Source: Gemmatimonadales bacterium
Lineage (GTDB): Bacteria > Gemmatimonadota > Gemmatimonadetes > Palauibacterales > Palauibacteraceae
Length of the DNA: 60,715 nucleotides
Assembly (NCBI GenBank): GCA_037385645.1
Contig: JARRMU010000024.1
Coordinates: forward strand, 1 to 60,715
Reading direction: 5' to 3'
Below are positions 29,725 through 38,798 of this stretch, piece by piece (within the stretch, counting starts at the first letter, position 1; every line of letters starts with the position of its first letter). Below the pieces are notes generated by a model. It was not told the origin of the DNA and did not search any database. It saw only the letters and a program-made list of their open reading frames with translations. The translations under genes and the position numbers were made by a program.

Positions 29725-30711
29725 ATGAAGGGTCTCCGTCTCGACGCCCGCGAGCTGCGTTTTTTCCCCGATCTTCCAACCCCGGAGCTGCCGGCCGGCG
29801 AGGCGCTCGTGCGGGTTGTCGTAGCGGGCATCTGCAACACGGATCTCGAGCTCGCACGAGGCTACTACCCGTTTGAGGGGGTGCCCGGCCACGAGTTCGT
29901 GGGCGTCGTCGAGCAGCTCGGGAGTGGAGTGACGGCGGCCGAGGCGGATCGGCTCCTGGGCACGCGCGTGGTTGGCGAGATCAACGCCGTCTGCGGGGTC
30001 TGCACGGCGTGCTCGAGAGGCTTCGGGACACACTGCGAGAGTCGGACGGTGCTGGGGATCTCGGGCCGGGACGGCGCGTTCGCCGAGCTCCTCACGCTCC
30101 CGGCTTCGAACCTCCATCCGGTCCCGGACGACCTCCCGACCGAGGCGGCCGTCTTCACCGAGCCCCTCGCCGCCGCGCTACGGATCCAGGAGCAGGTGCG
30201 GATCGGTCCGGGCGATCGCGTCCTTGTGGTCGGCGCCGGCAAGCTGGGGATGCTCATCGCCCAGACCCTCGCCGCAACCGGCAGCGACCTGACGGTGGTC
30301 ACGCGGCGAGATGCGTCGATGCGGGATCTCCTGCAGGCACGAGGGGCCGCCGTCTGCCTTGAGAACGAGGTCGAGCATGCCGGCTTCGATCTGGCGGTGG
30401 AGTGCACCGGCAATCCCGCTGGGTTCGCGATGGCGCGGCGTGCGGTGCGTCCGAGAGGCACGCTTGTCCTCAAGAGCACCTATGCGGGACGGCTCGAGCT
30501 GGACGCGTCGGCCGTGGTGGTGGACGAGATTACCGTGATCGGTTCGCGCTGCGGGCCTTTCGCGCCGGCGCTGCGCCTTCTGGCGGAAGGCGGCGTGGAC
30601 GTCGCTCCGCTCGTCGCTGCACGCTACCCGCTGGAGGAGGGAGCGGCGGCGTTCGAGCATGCTTCGCGACGCGGCGTCCTCAAGGTGCTGCTACAGATGG
30701 GAGCCGAATAG
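29725..30711 (+). CDS. Zinc-binding alcohol dehydrogenase (MDR family)
   Basis: GICNTD, GHEFVG, structural CGVCTAC...HC, GAGKLG. Confidence 0.94.
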   Translation: MKGLRLDARELRFFPDLPTPELPAGEALVRVVVAGICNTDLELARGYYPFEGVPGHEFVGVVEQLGSGVTAAEADRLLGTRVVGEINAVCGVCTACSRGFGTHCESRTVLGISGRDGAFAELLTLPASNLHPVPDDLPTEAAVFTEPLAAALRIQEQVRIGPGDRVLVVGAGKLGMLIAQTLAATGSDLTVVTRRDASMRDLLQARGAAVCLENEVEHAGFDLAVECTGNPAGFAMARRAVRPRGTLVLKSTYAGRLELDASAVVVDEITVIGSRCGPFAPALRLLAEGGVDVAPLVAARYPLEEGAAAFEHASRRGVLKVLLQMGAE

Positions 30712-30754
30712 AGGACGACCGGCATGCGGCCCAGCCGCCTGCCGCGAGCCGCGG

Positions 30755-32389
30755 TCAGGAGGTGCTCAGCGAGTCGATCGCGCGCGCCGTGGCCCAGCGG
30801 CGCAGCGCTGGCTTCCAGGCAAATCCGAACAAGCTGCCCAGAAAGCCCGCGTCCAGCTCGCCGATCGTGCGGTCGACCTCGCCTTCGATCAGCTTCTCCA
30901 GGCGCCGCCGCTGCTCGGGTCTCAGTGCGTCGTTGGAGCCGACGATCTCCGGTACCTCGTACTCCGCCTCATCGGCTGCCTCGTAGTCCACGATATCGGC
31001 CAGGGACGTCTCGAGGAGCCTTCTGGCGTCCCTCCGTCCGGCGCGATAGTCCGCCTCGCGCCACTCGCGGGAGAACAGTCCGCCGAAGTTACCGAGGAAG
31101 TCGCCGGCAAGCCTTCTGTTAGGAGCGATGAGATAGAGGGGAAGCTCCTCCTTGTCGCCGAGGCCTCCGGCCGCCTCGATGAGGAAGATCAGCTTGGCCA
31201 GGCGGCTGCGCGCCGCGCGCGAGCCGACCCGGGCGAGGACCCTCGCGTACCGTCGCTCGATGCGGCCGAGGCTCTCCTCCAAAAGCTCCAGAACGGGGTC
31301 ACTGCCCTCGGCTCGTCCGTTCCCACGGCGAGATCGTCCTGCGCCGCACACGAGACGCCATTCGCACACGTTCTCGGCCATCTCGCCGACCGATCTGCCG
31401 AGCTCGAACGCCTCCGGGTCGGTGAGGGAATCGGCGATCTCCGGCAGCCGGTCGACCAGAGAGTCGAGAATCGCGAGGCGCTCGTTGGTCCGGTTTGCGC
31501 GGATCCAGTCCTTCGCGCTTCCCTGCCCCAACAGGGCGCGGGCGACGAGGCTACCCACCTGCACGGCGGAGTCGGGCGCGGCAGCGTCGGCCACGTCGCC
31601 GGTCGGGGGGTCCCGGAGCGTAGGGTCGACGAAAACGAATCGCCAGTCGTCGTCCTCGCCCCCCGCCCGGGCGACAAGCCGCTTGGCGAGGCGAACGGGC
31701 TCGTTGTTGAACAGCCCGCCATCCGCATACCACAGATCGATGTCGCCCAGATCCTCCAGCACCGATCCGCGGAAGTGGCTTCCACGCCGTTGGAGCCGAC
31801 GAGGCGGAAAAGCGAACGGGAAGCTCGCCGAGGCGACGGCGGCCTGGCGGATTTCCTCCCAGATCGGCGCGCCCGCGACATCAGCCGGGCTCAACTCGAA
31901 GGCGGCCCAATCGTCGAACATGCGCGTCCCGAAGGACCGTGCAGGGCGGTTCTGAAATCCGTATCGGAGCTCGTAGCCGATCCCGTGCAGGCTCGAGAGG
32001 GTGATCCCCAGTTCGAGCGGCTCGGCGAGGACCGGCGAGGGCTCATCGTCCGAAGCAGGCCCGGCCGTGATCAGCGCCCGGCTCATCTCCTCCAGCACCG
32101 CGGCGTCCAGGAGAGATGAGCGGGAGCGATTCCCGCCCAGCAGGACGTCGGCGTCCATCCCCCGGATCCACGCCGTACCGATCCAGGGGACGAGGTTGGG
32201 GTTCACGACCAGGGCGCGCGCGGCAAGTGCCGCGGTGAGCGCGCCTGAGGAAGCTCCCGCCAAAGCGCCGATCCGTGCGGTGGCGCCACTGCGGTTCCCT
32301 GCGAGGCCCCGGAGCAGCTCTGTCACGGCGCCGGCGGTGTACGTGCCCAGCGAGCCGCCGCCGCTCAGGATGAGTGCGATCTTCGTCAT
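30755..32389 (-). CDS. Patatin-like phospholipase
   Basis: SGGGSLG oxyanion motif, GASSG nucleophile, ASASFP, DGG. Confidence 0.9.
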   Translation of the reverse strand: MTKIALILSGGGSLGTYTAGAVTELLRGLAGNRSGATARIGALAGASSGALTAALAARALVVNPNLVPWIGTAWIRGMDADVLLGGNRSRSSLLDAAVLEEMSRALITAGPASDDEPSPVLAEPLELGITLSSLHGIGYELRYGFQNRPARSFGTRMFDDWAAFELSPADVAGAPIWEEIRQAAVASASFPFAFPPRRLQRRGSHFRGSVLEDLGDIDLWYADGGLFNNEPVRLAKRLVARAGGEDDDWRFVFVDPTLRDPPTGDVADAAAPDSAVQVGSLVARALLGQGSAKDWIRANRTNERLAILDSLVDRLPEIADSLTDPEAFELGRSVGEMAENVCEWRLVCGAGRSRRGNGRAEGSDPVLELLEESLGRIERRYARVLARVGSRAARSRLAKLIFLIEAAGGLGDKEELPLYLIAPNRRLAGDFLGNFGGLFSREWREADYRAGRRDARRLLETSLADIVDYEAADEAEYEVPEIVGSNDALRPEQRRRLEKLIEGEVDRTIGELDAGFLGSLFGFAWKPALRRWATARAIDSLSTS

Positions 32390-32407
32390 CTCTCTCTGTC
32401 TACCGTT

Positions 32408-33448
32408 TTACCGTTGCGCGTCCGGCTCGCTGCTCGCGGCTTCTCGGGATCCGGCCTCTGCCGCTTCCCGATCGATCTCCCCGGACTCCGGCACGATGAG
32501 ATCGAGCACGCTGCTCGCGTCGAGCCTCTCGCCGCCGGCGAAGAAGCTCCAGTGGAGGTGCGGCCCCGTCACGCGGCCAGTGGCGCCGACCCGTCCGATC
32601 ACCTGGCCTCGCTCAACGACATCTCCCTCGCTCACATCCATTTGCGACAGGTGGTAGTAGCCGCTGAACACGCCCATGCCGTGATCCACGTAGATGGCGT
32701 TCCCCGCATAGTAGAGGTTGCGCGCGATCGCGATTCGGCCGCGGCCCGCGACGCGAACGGGCGTCCCGACCTCACCGGCCAGATCGACCCCCCAGTGCCG
32801 GCTCTGAAGTTCGCCGTTGAAGAGGCGCTTCTGACCGAAGGGACTCGTAATGCGTGTGTTCCGCGGCCGGACGAAGTTGCCGTCTATCAGCCACCCGGCC
32901 GTGACCTCGCCGAGGGTGGATCGGACGAGCTCGCGCTCCCTGGCGATCCGCTCCTGCACCTCCGCGGGCGGGCTCGTGAAACGAGGGGCGACGCTGAGCT
33001 GCGTCTCCGAGTAGGTTCGGGGCCTCACCTGGACCGTCCAGCGGGTCGTCACCTCCGGCTCACCGTTACGAGAGTGGGAGACGACGAGCTCCACCGGCCC
33101 TGCCTTGTCGGTCGGCAGCGCCACGATGCCGAACCACTCCCCACCCAGCTTGCCCATGCGGACGGGGCGTCCATCCAGCTCCGCGCTGACCCGGGTCTCC
33201 CCGCCACCGGCCGGCGTCCGAACCGTCACGGCCATCGCCGTTCCGTCGGTCGGACTCTCCGGCTCCCACTGTACCGCGATCTCGTCGGACGTGATCTCCG
33301 CCGCCGTCTCGGCCGACGAAAGCTCCGCCTCGCTCTCCGCGACCTCGGCGTCCACGGTATCCCTTGCCGCCACCTGCCCGAACGCGGCAGACGTGATCGT
33401 CCCTAACGCAGACATGCCTGCGAGGAGGAGCACGAACAGGAAGCGCAT
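32408..33448 (-). CDS. Secreted M23 family peptidase
   Basis: Signal peptide from MRFLFVLL, HWGVD, YYHL, TGPHLH. Start inferred. Confidence 0.9.
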   Translation of the reverse strand: MRFLFVLLLAGMSALGTITSAAFGQVAARDTVDAEVAESEAELSSAETAAEITSDEIAVQWEPESPTDGTAMAVTVRTPAGGGETRVSAELDGRPVRMGKLGGEWFGIVALPTDKAGPVELVVSHSRNGEPEVTTRWTVQVRPRTYSETQLSVAPRFTSPPAEVQERIARERELVRSTLGEVTAGWLIDGNFVRPRNTRITSPFGQKRLFNGELQSRHWGVDLAGEVGTPVRVAGRGRIAIARNLYYAGNAIYVDHGMGVFSGYYHLSQMDVSEGDVVERGQVIGRVGATGRVTGPHLHWSFFAGGERLDASSVLDLIVPESGEIDREAAEAGSREAASSEPDAQR

Positions 33449-33477
33449 GCCGGCCGTCCGCTGCCCGCCAGCCCTCC

Positions 33478-33782
33478 TCATGCCGAGAGCCGGTGCGTCA
33501 GCCTGAAGTAGCGGTCCAGCCATCGTGTCGATCGATCGGTCAGCTTCCCCCCGGTAGTGCATATCAGCCGCTCTCCGAATTCCTTCGCTCATAGTCGGGT
33601 ATGGATGGATCAGCGTCGAGAGGGCGGCGTTCCGAGTCCGTGACGCATGGCGAGCGCGCCCTCCATGTCCGGATCTCTCCGTGCTGGTCCCTCGCCTCCT
33701 CCTCCGTCAAACCCACCCGGGCGAGCGGAGGATCCGTGAAGACCGCCCAGGGGACCACAGAGTAGTCCACCGCCGGCCGAAG
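33478..33782 (-). pseudogene. Remnant of a pyridine nucleotide-disulfide oxidoreductase (mercuric reductase/Lpd-like) C-terminal domain
   Basis: Successive segments with frame changes between them: VDYSVVPWAVFTDPPLARVGLTEEEAR / LAMRHGLG / LIHPYPTMSEGIRRAA..HYRG / KLTDRSTRWLDRYF*. The FAD/NAD domains are absent. Confidence 0.8.
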
Positions 33783-33821
33783 TCACCAGGCCGTCCGTCC
33801 GTCCGCCGAGGCGTCTCGCGA

Positions 33822-35342
33822 TTACAGCTCGAGGAAGCACCACTCCCTCGTTGCGGGAGTCGTTCCCATCTGCAAGCCCGCGTCGCGCGAGACGAGGATG
33901 TTGTTGGAGTGGTTGAAGCCAAAGCCGTTTTCCGGATCGTAGAGACCGGGCTCGTTCGAGAAGTGCATGCCCTCACGCATCAGGGTGTAGTCACCGAGGG
34001 CCTGATAGGGCGGCTGGTGCCCTTCCATGCCCTCTCCGTGGCCGGGCCGATGGTAGATGAGGTGCTCCACGCCGTTCTCGACCTGATAGTCGTGGACGGC
34101 CTTGGCGACGTTCGAGCACGTGTTGCCTGCGTAGGATTCCTCCGCCTGGATCTCGTAGCAGCGGGTGTGTACGTCCCACACGCGCTCCTGCCACTCCGTC
34201 CATGGGGAGATCAGGAAGGAGCGATACAGCTCTCCCCCGTATCCGCCTACCCTGACGACCCCGGCGATCTGCAGCGCGTCACCGGGCTCGACTTTCTTCC
34301 AGAACATCTGGTTCGGGTGGGGATACGCCGTGGTGCGGCCGGTGCGGCAGCCGACGCCGACCGAGATGCCGACGGCATCGTGCGGCACGCCTGTCTGCGG
34401 GATTTCGTCCATGATCCGTGCCGTGCCCCAGAGGCGGGCCGCGTTGGCGATTTCCCAATCCACGGCCTCCGTTCCCCGCTCGAGCAGGTAGTCGCGTGCG
34501 AACGCGTGGATCTCCGACCAGAAATCCATCGCACGCTGGGTGAGCCGGCTCTCCGCCTCGTCCTTGACGATCCGGCTCCGGATCATGATGTCGTTGATGT
34601 CGACGAAACTGGCGTCTGGCATGACGGCGGCCATCTGCCCGAAAGCTCCGCTCTCCGGACGCTTGCTCTCGGGGGTCTCGATCACGCCCCACATGTCCAG
34701 CCGCGCGACACTTTCCTGGCCCGGGAGGACGCCGATCTCCGCGAGCCCGCTTCCATCGACCCCGATCGTTCCGCTGCCGTAGCCGAGCTCGCCGAGCGTC
34801 TCTCCCCACCACCTGTAGAGATTGACGGTGTCGCCCTGGAGGACCTCGCCCCGGCTGGGGAAAGCGCCGCGCGCGTGATGGTAGTCGAAGTAATAGCTGG
34901 ACCGAGTCGTCCACCAATCGTTGACGAGCTGTTGGTCCAGGTAGGGGTTGAGCCAGATGAGCGCGTCGTCGTCATCCATCGGAAGGAAGCAGGCAAACGG
35001 TCGCTCGGTCGTCGAGTGGAACAGGCCCGTGGCGTAGATGATGTTCCACCTCCGGGTCAGGAAGAGGCCGCTGTCGACACCTCGTTTCCTCGCCTCGCTC
35101 TTCAGCTCCCGGATCTTCGCCTTGTACCAGGAGAGCGGAAGGCGATGAAAGTCGGCCGGCTCCGGCAGCTCGGGCCGGCGGGCTCGCTGCTCTCGACGCA
35201 GCAGCTCGAAGCTGTCGGCTCGGCCCTCGGCCCGCGCCATCGCGCGTTCGTCCGGCCAGAGCGCGGGTGGGCCGATGATGGCCGCTCCGGCCAGACCGCT
35301 TCCTGAGGCTGAAACGAAATCGCGGCGGCTCCAGCGCTGCAT
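33822..35342 (-). CDS. Tat-exported M24-fold (Xaa-Pro peptidase/creatinase-like) protein
   Basis: SRRDFV Tat motif, RIVKDEAE, HRPGHGEGMEGH, NEPGLY. Confidence 0.85.
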   Translation of the reverse strand: MQRWSRRDFVSASGSGLAGAAIIGPPALWPDERAMARAEGRADSFELLRREQRARRPELPEPADFHRLPLSWYKAKIRELKSEARKRGVDSGLFLTRRWNIIYATGLFHSTTERPFACFLPMDDDDALIWLNPYLDQQLVNDWWTTRSSYYFDYHHARGAFPSRGEVLQGDTVNLYRWWGETLGELGYGSGTIGVDGSGLAEIGVLPGQESVARLDMWGVIETPESKRPESGAFGQMAAVMPDASFVDINDIMIRSRIVKDEAESRLTQRAMDFWSEIHAFARDYLLERGTEAVDWEIANAARLWGTARIMDEIPQTGVPHDAVGISVGVGCRTGRTTAYPHPNQMFWKKVEPGDALQIAGVVRVGGYGGELYRSFLISPWTEWQERVWDVHTRCYEIQAEESYAGNTCSNVAKAVHDYQVENGVEHLIYHRPGHGEGMEGHQPPYQALGDYTLMREGMHFSNEPGLYDPENGFGFNHSNNILVSRDAGLQMGTTPATREWCFLEL

Positions 35343-35473
35343 CGTCGACTCCTTTCCAGAGATTCCCGAGAGGGTGCTCGCACGTGGCGGCACTCCCACG
35401 TGCCGTGCGTTTCCCCCGATAGAAGTTATCTTTCAACCTGAGAGCTGCTGTTGGCCAGACGTCTGGAGGCGCG

Positions 35474-36265
35474 ATGCTTCTGACAGACCTCGTGCCGGGG
35501 CCTCTCACGAGGTTTGTTGCATCGTTTCTCGTGAGCTTCCTGAGCCTCGTGCCCGTGCACGCGGGCTTCTCCCAGGAGAGCGGGGATCGCGTGCTCACGG
35601 GGAGGGTGGTTTCGGAGGACACCGGCGAGCCTCTCACGAACGTCCTCATCGAGCTGGAAGCGCAGGGGGTTCAGGCGCTGACGGACTCCGCGGGGAGGTT
35701 CAGGATGTCCGGAATCGCTCCAGTCGTGGACACGGTGAGGGCCAGCTACTTCAACCTCGCTTCCAGCCGCGCTCCCGTGGATCTGACGGGTTCCGGTCCC
35801 CACCAGCTCGAGCTTTCGCTCAGCGGTGCGGCGTTCAGCGTTGCCGACCTCGTCGTGCAGATAAGTGGCTCACCTTGGGCGGCCTCCCAGTTCGCGCGCC
35901 GGATCGAGGGCAGGCAAGGCGAGATCGTCTTCTATCCGGAGATCCGTCGGCGCTCGACGCTGCGTTTGATCGACTTCTTTCGCTCGGTCAGACGGGCACG
36001 GGTCAGGTACGAGAGGGGCGAGTGGAGGTTGTTCATGCGCGGCCTCACCTCGTCCCGATACTGCCGGCCGGCCATCTTCTGGAATGGCGTCCCGGCCCCG
36101 GACTGGGTAGTCGACGCCACGACCGTCTTTGACGTCCTGGCTCTCGAGATCTACTGGGAGCCCAACGTGCCCGGCGAGTTCAAGCGCTTCACCAACTGCG
36201 GTGCGGTGAACATCTGGACCGGGGTGCCCCCCGCCCTCGCGAACGGCTCACCGGGAGAGCGCTGA
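35474..36265 (+). CDS. Secreted carboxypeptidase-regulatory-like domain protein
   Basis: Signal peptide, LTGRVVSEDTGEPL...TDSAGRF, C-terminal C.PA...G / LEIY / CGAVNIWT plug-like motif. Confidence 0.75.
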   Translation: MLLTDLVPGPLTRFVASFLVSFLSLVPVHAGFSQESGDRVLTGRVVSEDTGEPLTNVLIELEAQGVQALTDSAGRFRMSGIAPVVDTVRASYFNLASSRAPVDLTGSGPHQLELSLSGAAFSVADLVVQISGSPWAASQFARRIEGRQGEIVFYPEIRRRSTLRLIDFFRSVRRARVRYERGEWRLFMRGLTSSRYCRPAIFWNGVPAPDWVVDATTVFDVLALEIYWEPNVPGEFKRFTNCGAVNIWTGVPPALANGSPGER

Positions 36266-36283
36266 CCCGGGCAGAAGCGCCCT

Positions 36284-37654
36284 TCATCTCTCAGCGCCCG
36301 GAGGCGTGGAGGAGGAGCAGAGGTATACGCCGGGGATCGGGGTGGCGTACGGGTCGCGCTTGGGAAAGGGCCTCGCCAGGGTCTGCCGCAGCGTGTTGGC
36401 GCCGCCCGCGATGTCGCCGCCGATGTAGTTCGCGTTCAGGGCGGTGAGGCCGGCCGGCCGGAGCATGCTTCTCGCTAGGATGCAGTCCCTGAACCCCGGC
36501 GCAAAACGCTCGACCTGGGACTCGATCCGTTCCGTCATATCAACATCGCTGCCATGCGGTACGTGGCAGTAGGCCCATCCCGTGTGCTTTCCCGCCGGAG
36601 CTCGAGACGGGTCGAACAAGCTCTGCTGGGCGAGAAGGACGAACGGCCGCTCCGGGACACGACCCTCCCAGGCTTGGCGCTCCGCCTCCGAGATCTCGTC
36701 GAAGGTGCCTCCGACGTGGACGGTACCCGCCCGGCTGCAGGCGGCGGCGGTCCACGGGATGGGGTCGCTCAACGCCCAGTCCAGCTTGAAGGCGCCCGGT
36801 CCGTACCGATAGCGCGAGAGGCGCCTCCGGTAGCGCGGAGGGAGTTCCTCCCCTGCGAGCGCCAGGAGCTGCTTGGGGGTTACCGACAGGAGCTTGATGG
36901 CACCCTCCGGCAGATCCTCGAGAGCCTCGACCGGTCGCGTCGTGACGATCTCGCCGCCCAACGAACGCAGCACGGAGATGAGGCCATCGGCCAGTCGTTG
37001 GGATCCTCCCTCCGGAAACGGCCAGCCGACGACGTGCCCCAAGGAGCCGAGTACAAGCGCGATGGCCGCGCTCGGGCGCATCTCCAACGGGATCACGGAG
37101 TGTCCCGCCAGGCCGGCGAGCAGGGCTCGGCCCCGGATTCCCTCGAAGGAGCGCGCCAGGCCGCGGGCGGACCGAAGTCCGCGCAGCCCGAAGCGCGAGA
37201 AGCCAACGGGATGCCGCGGCACCCTTATCGGAGCCAGAAGGTCGTTCGCCAGCTCGTCCCATTTCTCGACGAGCGGGTCGAGCAGGCGGCGGTAGGCCTG
37301 TCCGTCGGAGCCGAGCCCCGCCGCGGTCTCCGCCAGCGAGCGTTCCAGCACGACGGCCGAGCCATCGTCCAACGGATGGGCGAGTGGCGCCTCCGGTTGT
37401 ATCCAGCGGACGCCATGCGCTTCCAGGTCCAGGCCGCGAAACAAGGGCGACGCAAAGCCGAGAGGATGGATCGCCGAGCAGACGTCGTGACGGAAGCCGG
37501 GGAGAGTGAGCTCGGCGCTACGCAGGCCGCCTCCCGCCGTGTCGCTCGCCTCGATCACCGCTACGTCGCGGCCCGCCTGAGCGAGCACGATAGCGGCGGC
37601 CAGCCCGTTGGGCCCCGAGCCTACAACGACATACTCTTGTCCGGGCCGATTCAT
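36284..37654 (-). CDS. Phytoene dehydrogenase-like FAD oxidoreductase (C-terminus apparently truncated)
   Basis: VVGSGPNGLAAA, HDVCSAIHP, WAYCHVP, GGDIAGG. Ends SSSTPPGAER instead of the family's PPGGGVHGMCG motif. Confidence 0.88.
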   Translation of the reverse strand: MNRPGQEYVVVGSGPNGLAAAIVLAQAGRDVAVIEASDTAGGGLRSAELTLPGFRHDVCSAIHPLGFASPLFRGLDLEAHGVRWIQPEAPLAHPLDDGSAVVLERSLAETAAGLGSDGQAYRRLLDPLVEKWDELANDLLAPIRVPRHPVGFSRFGLRGLRSARGLARSFEGIRGRALLAGLAGHSVIPLEMRPSAAIALVLGSLGHVVGWPFPEGGSQRLADGLISVLRSLGGEIVTTRPVEALEDLPEGAIKLLSVTPKQLLALAGEELPPRYRRRLSRYRYGPGAFKLDWALSDPIPWTAAACSRAGTVHVGGTFDEISEAERQAWEGRVPERPFVLLAQQSLFDPSRAPAGKHTGWAYCHVPHGSDVDMTERIESQVERFAPGFRDCILARSMLRPAGLTALNANYIGGDIAGGANTLRQTLARPFPKRDPYATPIPGVYLCSSSTPPGAER

Positions 37655-37735
37655 CCGTCGGTCATCCGATTGCCGCGACCTCTTGCCTCGGGTAGCTTCC
37701 CGTGCTCCGCTCTGCCATCGGAAAGGTCACACGTC

Positions 37736-38738
37736 ATGCACGTTTTCGCTAAGTGCGAGAACTTCACCACCTCCCGAGAGCTCCGAGCGATCGGCCTGTA
37801 TCCGTACTTTCAGCCAATCGAGGAGTCGTGCGACACAACCGTCGTGATCAACGGTGAGCGAAAGGTGATGGTGGGGTCCAACAACTACATGGGCCTCACG
37901 CACGATCCGCGCATCCTCGAGGCGGCCAGAGACGCTCTGAACCGGTACGGCAGCGGCAACACGGGTAGCCGCTTCCTGAACGGCAACCTGGATCTCCACG
38001 ATCGGCTTGAGCACGAACTGGCCGCTTTCGTCGGCAAGGAAGCGGCGCTGGTCTTTTCCACGGGTTACCTCACCAACCTGGGGACTCTCTCGGCTTTGGT
38101 CGCTCGGAACGATACGGTCTTCGTGGACAAGCTCGACCACGCCTGCATCCAGGACGGAGCCCGATTGGGCTTTGGCCGGGTCCAACGCTTCAAGCGTCGT
38201 CGGCCCAGATGGCAACGGGACGGCGGCTCACTTCGGCCTGACCGACGAGGTGGATCTGATCACCGGCACCTTCTCGAAGTCGTTCGCCTCGATCGGCGGG
38301 TTCGTGGCCGGCACCGACACGATCTGCGAATACCTTCGCAACAACGCGCGCGCCCTCATTTTCAGCGCAAGCATGCCTCCGACGGCCGTTGCCACGGTGC
38401 TCAAGGCCCTGGAGATCATCCGCGAGGAGCCGGAGCGACGCGAGCAGCTGTGGAAGAACACCCGGAAGATGATGGAGGGCTTTCGCACCATCGGCTTCGA
38501 GATTGGGCCGACCGCGACGCCGATCATACCGGTGCTGGTCGGTCCGATGGACAAGACCTTCCGGTTCTGGCGGGAGCTGTTCGACGCCGGCGTCTTCACG
38601 AATCCGGTCGTGCCGCCCGCCGTCCCCGAGGGAAGTTGCCGCCTCCGGACGAGCTACATGGCCACTCACACCGACGAGCAACTGGACTTCGTCCTCGAGT
38701 GCATCGAGAGGATCGGCAGGAAGCTCCAGGTGGTGTGA
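37736..38738 (+). pseudogene. spt: Serine palmitoyltransferase (alpha-oxoamine synthase), split by an internal deletion/frameshift near 38195
   Basis: N half GLYPYF, GSNNYMGL, GSRFLNG.LDLH, DKLDHA. C half in another frame: HFGLTDEVDLITGTFSKS, IFSAS, NPVVPPA, MATH. The HND...DDAH block is missing. Confidence 0.85.
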
Positions 38739-38798
38739 CGCGCCCGCACCCGCCGACGCCGCGCATGCACCAGGCGGCCTGACCCGGCCTCGAATCAG

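Noticed and set aside
33449-33592. N-terminal extension of the M23 ORF
   Set aside because: Derives from the upstream oxidoreductase remnant (HPYPTMSEG); the signal peptide begins at 33448.
38185-38200. Programmed ribosomal frameshift in spt
   Set aside because: No slippery heptamer, and a conserved block is missing, so a frameshift would not give a complete enzyme.
36554-38782. 742-aa plus-strand ORF
   Set aside because: Chimera of the antisense frame of the oxidoreductase, the real spt N-half (from 37736) and out-of-frame read-through after the junction.
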